Positions 55,271-64,000 of a stretch of DNA of 64,000 bases are shown in pieces. Position 1 is the first letter of the stretch; every line of letters begins with the position of its first letter. A program made the position numbers and the translations under genes. The DNA comes from Octopus vulgaris (Eukaryota). The stretch is from contig OX597819.1 of the NCBI GenBank assembly GCA_951406725.2, positions 32,178,001-32,242,000 of the forward strand, written 5' to 3'. The notes below the pieces were generated by a model. That model saw only the letters and a program-made list of their open reading frames with translations, was not told where the DNA came from and searched no databases.

Positions 55271-55993
55271 GAATAATAAGATTATGATGAGGATGATGAT
55301 GATATTATTAACTATGCTGGTAACAATGTAATTTACGAAATAACACTTCTTTTAACTGTGTTGGCAACATGGTATAAAGGTATTTATAAACCGTCATTCT
55401 TGAATTTGTTTCAGTCATTTGACTGTGGCCATGCTGGAGCACCACGTTCAAGCCAATTCTAATGACAGTAGCATAAAGTGTGGAAGGAAGACTGACTGCA
55501 ATGATTAAAATAGTAATATTATTATTACCTGTGCAAATAACACAGAACCATATTTGTACGACTACTATGGTTGTGATGTCAATTGTATTAACTTGTGATG
55601 TTATACTAATGAGATTAGTATAAAAATGAGATTAATGTAAAAATGACAATGTGATCGCTGTCACAGAAATTGTTTTAAATACCATAGTAAGACTGTAATG
55701 GTTGTAACAGAAACAGCATTAAGTGTGGTAGTAATAAAGTGATGTTTGTTATAGTTATGGTCTTATCACTTGTAGTTAGACGGTGGTTGTTGTAAGAGTA
55801 ATAATATAACTACAGTAGTAACTATTGGATATTTGTAATTGTGACTGTGTGATGGTAGCAACTGGGACAATATTACTGTGGTGAATGTTATAGTAAAATG
55901 TTATTAACAGTGGTAGTTACAAAATTTGTGGTGGTTGCAATAGTAAAGTTAGTAACTATAGTAAGACTATGATGGTTATAATAGTAATGAAAC

Positions 55994-56041
<48 letters not shown>

Positions 56042-56287
56042 TAATCCAAACGGGAAACAAAAAAACAACAACAAGGGAACAATTACAGTATTATTATTAA
56101 TAGGCGCTCAGGAAATGGAAGCAGGGAGGTATGACGTTTCGAGCGGATCGGAAACATAAAGAAGGAAGAGAGAGGAAAGAAAGATCCCGGAGCGGGCAAC
56201 GGAGATAGAGAAAAACGGCTGGTGTTAGCAATAGCACATGGTGAAAGGCGGATGTTTACGATAACAAGAGCAAAGTGGGTTTTTAAA

Positions 56288-56374
<87 letters not shown>

Positions 56375-56381
56375 TGTGTGG

Positions 56382-56878
<497 letters not shown>

Positions 56879-57382
56879 ACGAATATATATATATAGGTAT
56901 ATATAGAGGGCCACAACATTTCTTAAAAATCATGTAAAGGCCTTGGTCTCAGGAACACTCATATCTAGAAATTGAGGTTGGTGGTAAGCAAAGGCATGCT
57001 CCCTGTAGGAAATCCAGCTCCAAAAAAGCCTCATGATTGCAAAAGAGAATGAGCACAAGCCAGCCCAAATGTTTGGGTGGGCTGCACCTGCCTACTTCGG
57101 ATGATATGGCATTGAGGTAGATCTAGCCACCCCTCTTAATGGGGACAAAACCTGGATTTAAAACACTGGATGATGATGATGACCATGATGATGATGTGGT
57201 TAGGCTTCAAGAAGTAAAATAGCATTTGATCAGCTGAGGGAGTATAAGAAAAAATGCATGTCTTGTTAAATACAACCCTGCATAGCAGTATTTAAGAAGA
57301 CATGTGGCTTTTGTTATCATCCTCATCACCACCATCATCATCATCATCATCACCATCGTCGTCGTCGTCGTCGTCGTCGTCG

Positions 57383-57441
<59 letters not shown>

Positions 57442-57735
57442 GTCGTCGTCATCATTTAATGTCTTCTTTTCATGCTAGCATGGGCTGGACAGGTGTTGAC
57501 AGGTGTTGGCCAGACAGAAGACTGCACCAGACTTCTGTATGTGTTTTTTGGCACAGATTTTTATATTTGGATGCCCTTCTTAACACCAACCACCCAGTCA
57601 GTAGAGGGGACTTCCATATTATACTGGAGCCTGATGTAGCCTGACACAGCTTGCAAGATCCCGTCAAATTGTCCAACCATATGTGAGTATGGGAAATGGA
57701 CATTAAATGGTGATGGTGATGATGACGACGACGAC

Positions 57736-57783
<48 letters not shown>

Positions 57784-58611
57784 CAACTATGGTAATAACA
57801 CTGTGGTGGTTTAGTAAGGACATCAACTCTGGGAATAACACATTTACAGTAGTGACATAATAACTTTGATAGATATAATAGTAATGATATAAAGTCAAGA
57901 AATATCACTGTATCTGATTTTAATAATAATAGTTATTAAATGTGGTAGCAATAAAGAGGTGTTTGTAATATTTATAGTATTAACTGTGAAATTAACACTG
58001 TAATGGCTGTATCAGTAAATCTTATTAAGTATTATACTGACACTCTTTGGGGTTGTTGTTTCTGGTAGTAATATTGTGAGGTTTGCAAGCAGCAATGGTT
58101 AAACTGTGTTGGTTAAACAGTGTTAGTTGTAATAAAAATGGTAATTACTGTGGGAGTTGTGCTGGGTTAACCATTATACAAAATAAGTACATGTTGAGGG
58201 CATTAAAGGAAGTGGGGCACCACAGAAATGGTAAATGGTTTACAGAACGAAAATCACATCAAAATTGTTAAAATAATATTTGAAGTGGTTTATATGATTG
58301 GAAATATAATTTTGGAGTTTTCATGCTGTTATTAATGAGGAGTTGATCAAAGACTTTGTAATTAAAAAAAGTAGGAGAAAACTCTTCAGATTAAAATAGA
58401 TGGATGTAGTAAGAAGCTTGCTTCTCAGCCACATGGTTCTGGCTTCTGTTCCATTGTGTGGCACCCTAGGCAAGCATCTTCTTCTATAGCCTCGAGCTGA
58501 CCAAAGCCTTGTGGGTGAATTTGGTAGACAGAAAATGAAAGAAGCCTGTTGTATAGATGTATATAAAAGAAAAAAAAGAAAAAGAGACATACATACATAC
58601 ATATATATTAC

Positions 58612-58912
58612 CATGATCACCGTGACCGACCAGGCTATCAGATGTTGCTACACATCACTAGTCACAATGCACTTCGCATTGTTTTAGCCTTCAAATGATG
58701 TCACACCGCTGGCTAAGCGAGTAGGCTAACAGAAGAAAGAGTGAGAGAAAGTTGTGGCGAAAGACTACAGCAGGGATCGCCACCACCCCCTGCCAGAGCC
58801 TCATGGAGCTTTAGGTATTTTCACTCATTAAACACTCACAATGCCAGGTCTGGGAATCGAAACCATGATCCTACAACCATGACTCCGCTGCCCTAACCAC
58901 TGGGCCATTGCG

Positions 58913-58917
<5 letters not shown>
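58612..58917 (-). mobile_element. SINE family C, tail type ii, CpG-decayed
   Basis: Head and tail ii match the family. Confidence 0.88.
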
Positions 58918-58962
<45 letters not shown>

Positions 58963-59314
58963 GTATATACATATGTTTTTATGTGTGTGTGTGTGTTCAT
59001 GTTTAAGCTTTTCCCCCATCACTGCTTGACAACCGGTGTTGTTGTATTTATGTCCCTGTAACTTAAAGGTTTGGCAAAAGAGATCAATGGAATAAGTATC
59101 AGGCTCAATAAAAATGTGTTACTGGGTTTCATTCATTTGACTAAAAAATTGTTGAAGTTGGTGCTTCAGCATGGCTGCAGTCTAGTGACTGAAACAAGTA
59201 AAAGGAAAAGATAAAAATAAAAATAATATAAACATTATTTTCCATTGTATTGTTAGTTTTGCTTCATTTTAAAAGATAAAAATATATTTTATTGGTTTAT
59301 TGTTGGTTATGTGT

Positions 59315-59620
59315 TGAGGCGCAATGGCCCAGTAGTTAGGGCAGTGGACTCGTGGTCATAGGATCGCGGTTTCGATTCCCAGACCAGGTGCTGTGAGTGT
59401 TTATTGAGTGAAAACACCTAAAGCTCCATGAGGCTCCGGCAGGGGGTGGTGGTGACCCCTGCTGTACTCTTTCGCCACAACTTTCTCTCACTCTTTCTTC
59501 TGTTGGCCTGCTCGCTTAGCCAGCGGGGTGGCATCATTGCAGGCTAAAACAATGCGAAGTGCATTGTGACCAGCGATGTGTAGCAACATCTGATGGCCTG
59601 ATCGGTCACATGATCACATG
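59315..59620 (+). mobile_element. SINE family C, tail type ii
   Basis: Inverted relative to 58612-58917. Confidence 0.88.
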
Positions 59621-59670
59621 ATTATTGATTATATTTTGAATTATATAAGTATAGGGGACCAAAATCGTTT

Positions 59671-59868
59671 AAGAGACATACATACATACATATATATTAC
59701 CATGATCACCGTGACCGACCAGGCTATCAGATGTTGCTACACATCACTAGTCACAATGCACTTCGCATTGTTTTAGCCTTCAAATGATGTCACACCGCTG
59801 GCTAAGCGAGTAGGCTAACAGAAGAAAGAGTGAGAGAAAGTTGTGGCGAAAGACTACAGCAGGGATCG
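59671..59868 (+). repeat. Local ~197-bp duplicate of 58582-58778
   Basis: Apparently identical, including the non-SINE flank aagagacatacatacatacatatatattacc and the copy-specific mutations. Confidence 0.9.
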
Positions 59869-60210
59869 GGTTTCCCGAATATGGGCCTTAATCTGGCCCT
59901 GTGTGGAAGTAATAATATGAGGATAACAATTGTAGTAGTGTTATGGTGTTAGTAACACTGTGGTAGTTACACTGTCGATGGTGTAATAGCAGTACTATTA
60001 TTTCTTGTATGGAGGTGCTTGGCTAAGTGGGTAGTGTGTTGCACTCATGATCATAAAATTGCTGTTTCAATTCCTGTGCTGGGCAATGTGTTGTATTCTT
60101 GAACAAAACACTTAGTTTCACGTTGCTCCAGTCCACTCAGCTGGCAAAAATGAGTATTCCTAAGACAGACTGGCATCCTGTCCAGTGGGAGTATATATAA
60201 GCCACAGAAT

Positions 60211-60374
60211 AGGCGCAGGAGTGGCTGTGTGGTAAGTAGCTTGTTTACCAACCACATGGTTCCGGGTTCAGTTCCACTGCGTGGCACCTTGGGCAAGTGT
60301 CTTCTACTGTAGCCTCGGGCCGACCAAAGCCTTGTGAGTGGATTTGGTAGACGGAAACTGAAAGAAGCCCGTCG

Positions 60375-60414
<40 letters not shown>

Positions 60415-60625
60415 CGTGTATGTTTGTGTGTCTGTGTTTGTCCCCCCAATATCGCTTGACAACCGATGCTGGTGTGTTTATGTCCCCGTCACTTAGTGGT
60501 TCGGCAAAAGAGACCGATAGAATAAGTACTGGGCTTACAAAGAATAAGTCCCGGGGTCGATTTGCTCGACTAAAGGCGATGCTCCAGCATGGCCGCAGTC
60601 AAATGACTGAAACAAGTAAAAGAGA
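60211..60625 (+). mobile_element. SINE family A, full length, young
   Basis: Close to the 3259-3680 copy. Confidence 0.9.
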
Positions 60626-61049
60626 AAATCCTGGAAGCCAGCCTTATGAGCCTGTGGATCAGAATGGACCCTTGATCCTTTTTTTTTTTTTTTTACCTTT
60701 TTTGATTATTTCTTATAACAACATTGACGGTTGCAATAAATAGTTGTGCTATTAACTGTGGTAGAAACACTCTGATGGCAATAAGAGTAATGTTGTTAAC
60801 CATGACAGGAGGACTATGAAGTTTTTAATAATAGTTGAATTATCTGTGGCAGTAATACTGGTTTCAAAAGTTGGCACGAAGCCAGCAATTTTAAGGGAGG
60901 GTTAAGTTGATCACATCAACTCCAGTGCTCAGTTGGTACTTATTTTTATCAACGCGAAAAACATGAAAGGTAGAGACATCCTTGGTAGAATTTGAACTCA
61001 GAACAAAGATGTTTAAAATGCCACTAAGCAATTTGGTAGTGATATTGTT

Positions 61050-61280
61050 TACTCTCTTTATTCTCTTTTACTTATTTCAGTCATTTGACAGTGGCCATGC
61101 TGGAGCACCGCCTTTAGTCGAGCAAATCGACTCCAGAACTTATTCTTTGTAAGTCTAGTACTTATTCTATCTTTCTCTTTTTGTCGAACCACTAAGTTAT
61201 GGGGACGTAAACACAGCAGCATCGGTTGTCAAGCGATGTTCGAGGGAGCAAACACACACACACAAACATATACACATGCA

Positions 61281-61322
<42 letters not shown>

Positions 61323-61472
61323 TACAATGGGCTTCTTTCAATTTCTGTCTACCAAATCCACTCACAAGGCTTTGGGCGGCCCGAGGCTATAGTAGAAGAC
61401 ACTTGCCCAAAGTGCCACTGAACCCAGAACCATGTTGTTTGTAAGCAAGCTACTTACCAAACAGCCACTCCA
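61050..61472 (-). mobile_element. SINE family A
   Basis: Matches the consensus. Further partial copies at ~12230-12365, 13970-14150, 33765-33905, 46805-46985, 50030-50180, 52510-52700, 53635-53770, 58405-58555 and 58985-59215. Confidence 0.85.
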
Positions 61473-61763
61473 ACTTGGTTTTTGTAATTATAATAGTATT
61501 AATTATGTGTGTAAAAATGTGTAATAGCAATGTTATTAACAGCTATAGTAATTCTGTAATGGTTGTTAATAACAGTAGTACTAACCATGGCTGTAACACT
61601 TAGTTGGTCGTAATAGCAACTGTATTAATTATAGTATCAGTTCTTTGATAGTTCTTACAGTAATGCTATTAATGGTTGTTATAACATTATTTCTATTTGC
61701 TGTAGTAATAGAGATACTAACTCATGCCATAGCCTTTGAAGGTGTAATAAACCACCAGCATTG

Positions 61764-62167
61764 AGGCAGTGAGCTGGCAGAAATATTAGCACACCAGGCG
61801 AAATGCTTAGCAGTATTTCGTCTTCCGTTACGTTCTGAGTTCAAATTCCGCCGAGGTCAACTTTGCCTTTCATCCTTTCGGGGGTTGATTAAATAAGTAC
61901 CAGTTATGCACTGGGGTTGATATAATCGACTTAATCTGTTTGTCTGTCCTTGTTTGTCCTCTCTGTGTTTAGCTCCTTGTGGGTAGTAAAGAAATAGGTA
62001 TTTCGTCATCTTTACGTTCTGAGTTCAAATTCCACCAAGGGTGACTTTGCCTTTCATCCTTTCAGGGTCAATAAATTAAGTACCAGTTGCATACTGGGGT
62101 TGATCAAATCGACTGCCCCCCCCTCCCCCAAAATTTTAGGCCTTGTACCTACAGTAGAAAAGAATAT
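61764..62167 (+). mobile_element. SINE family B dimer with 13-bp TSD
   Basis: TSD accaccagcattg at 61751-61763 and 62168-62180; unit-tail1 followed by unit-tail2. Confidence 0.9.
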
Positions 62168-62577
62168 ACCACCAGCATTGTCCAGATGACCTTAACATCA
62201 GGTCCAGAATTTAGCCAAGACTGGGGGCCACATGTCATATGCCACCTACATAATTCAGGTTTACAATACATAAATTCACTGCAACACAATTTTTACCTCA
62301 ACAGGCCCTGCTCTATTTAACATTATTCTAAAACAAATCAAAGAAAAAAGATCTCATTTCCTTCAAATGAAACCAGGACAAATTTTTTCCAAGGGATGTC
62401 AGATAGGCCTCCTTTACTTGGATGTATCTCAGTCAACAACAAATCCCTACTTGAATGAGCCATGATACCACAAAACTTACCTTAAAAATGACCTAGCAAG
62501 TCCTATCAGGTGGTTGCTATTAAATTAGGCATGATCCTGGCTAATCTTTGGCTAAAACATATCTAGGTTGTCTATGT

Positions 62578-63010
62578 TATCATCGTCATCTTCGTTTAAC
62601 ATCCGTTTTCCATGCTAGCATGGGTTGGACTGTTCGACCGGGATCTGGGAAGCCAGAAGGATGCACCAGGCCCCAATCTGATCTGGCAGTGTTTCTACAG
62701 CTGGATGCCCTTCCTAACGCCAACCACTCCATGAGTGTAGCAGGTGCTTTTTATGTGCCACTGGCACAGGTGCCAGGCGAGGCTAGCAACAGCCACCGGC
62801 ACGGAAGCCAGTCAAGGCGGCGCTGGCATCGGCCACGTTTGGATGGTGCTTTTTACGTGCCACCGGCACGGAAGCCAGTCAAGGCGGCGCTGGTATCAGC
62901 CACATTCATATGGTGCTTTTTATGTGCCACCGGCACAGGGATCACAACTACAATTTCCATTGATTTTTGATGTTGATGTACTTGACTCAATAGGTCTCCT
63001 CAAGCACAAG
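62578..63010 (-). mobile_element. Family D copy with internal ~60-bp tandem units
   Basis: Three ggtgcttttta(t/c)gtgccac.ggcac motifs near 62743, 62845 and 62912. Confidence 0.8.
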
Positions 63011-63896
63011 GTCAAAACAGTGTTTCTTCTGATAGCAAAAATATTAACGACAGTAGAATTAACTACTGGGTATTAACTATGTAACATAAAGATATTAGCT
63101 ACAGAAACATGGTTATTTTTGATGCAATAATCATATTAACTATGGTAGCAACATTGTGATAGTTATAATAATGATATCAACTGCAGTAATAACATTGTGA
63201 TGTTTATTATAGAAAAACTGTTCTATGGTTATAACACTGTGATATTAATTGTATTGACCTGGTAATAATTTTGTGATGTTTGTATTAATAATAGTTTTAT
63301 TTATGATAGTATCAGTGTGATTTTTGCAATAGAAAGAGTATTAGTACTAACCATGTGACTGTTTTAATGATATGAACTGTGGTTATAACCCTGAGGGATT
63401 TGTAATAGTTAAGGTATTATATCTGTTTGTAAAGGCACTGAGCTGGCAAAATGCTTAGCGGTATTTCGTCTGCAGCTACGTTCTGAGTTCAAATTCTGCT
63501 GAGGTCATCTTTGCCTTTCATTCTTTCAGGGTCAATAAATTAAGTACCAGTCGAGTACTGGGGTCGATGTAATCGACTTGCCCCTTCCCCAAAAATTTCA
63601 GGCCTTGTTCCTATAGTAGAAAAGATTATATGTGGTTGTAATAACTCTGATGGTTGCAATAGCAATGTTATTAACAATTGCAGTATTGGTTTCAAAATTT
63701 TGGCACAAGGCTAGCAATTTCTGGATAAAGGATAAGATGATTATCCTTTATCAACTGGTAATTATTTTATCGACCCCAAAAAGATGAAAGGCAAAGTCAA
63801 CCTTGGTGGAATTTGAACTCAGAATGTAGAGGTTGATGAAGTGGTGTTAAGTATTTTACCTGGCATGCTAATGATTCTACCAGCTCACTGCCTTAT

Positions 63897-63933
<37 letters not shown>

Positions 63934-64000
63934 TAATAATAATAATAATAATAATAAAATCCCAAGGTTTAAAACAAACTTTTTTTTATTTTTATTTTTA

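Overview
Eukaryotic, AT-rich and saturated with repeats. The SINE repertoire and (TA)n/(TG)n/(TATG)n load look like an octopus (cephalopod) genome, which is inference rather than a database match. I cannot support any host protein-coding exon, and almost all ORFs in the track are microsatellite or SINE artefacts. The only real long ORF is a 5'-truncated but uninterrupted Penelope-like element (PLE) RT + GIY-YIG endonuclease (34606-36402, minus). The rest is a mosaic: at least four SINE-like families (one with a Meta-like domain that forms head-(unit)n multimers, one whose tRNA-like head carries three interchangeable tails), RTE and Tx1 LINE relics, Tc1/mariner relics, MITEs, and Helitron/HINE elements. 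The most notable hidden signal is a set of minimal type-I hammerhead ribozymes read directly from the sequence (9518-9563, 34067-34111, 36623-36700, 39459-39493, plus remnants). They have palindromic or near-palindromic stem III, three carry a CCGANGA (U4C) core, and most sit in short elements inserted in (TA)n tracts. One lies in a 431-bp non-coding tandem unit whose 5' end falls within a few nt of the predicted cleavage site (retrozyme-like). From about 53 kb the background becomes a decayed ~45-bp satellite and SINE copies show strong CpG decay, suggesting a methylation-domain boundary. Repeat boundaries are approximate unless TSDs or TIRs are quoted.
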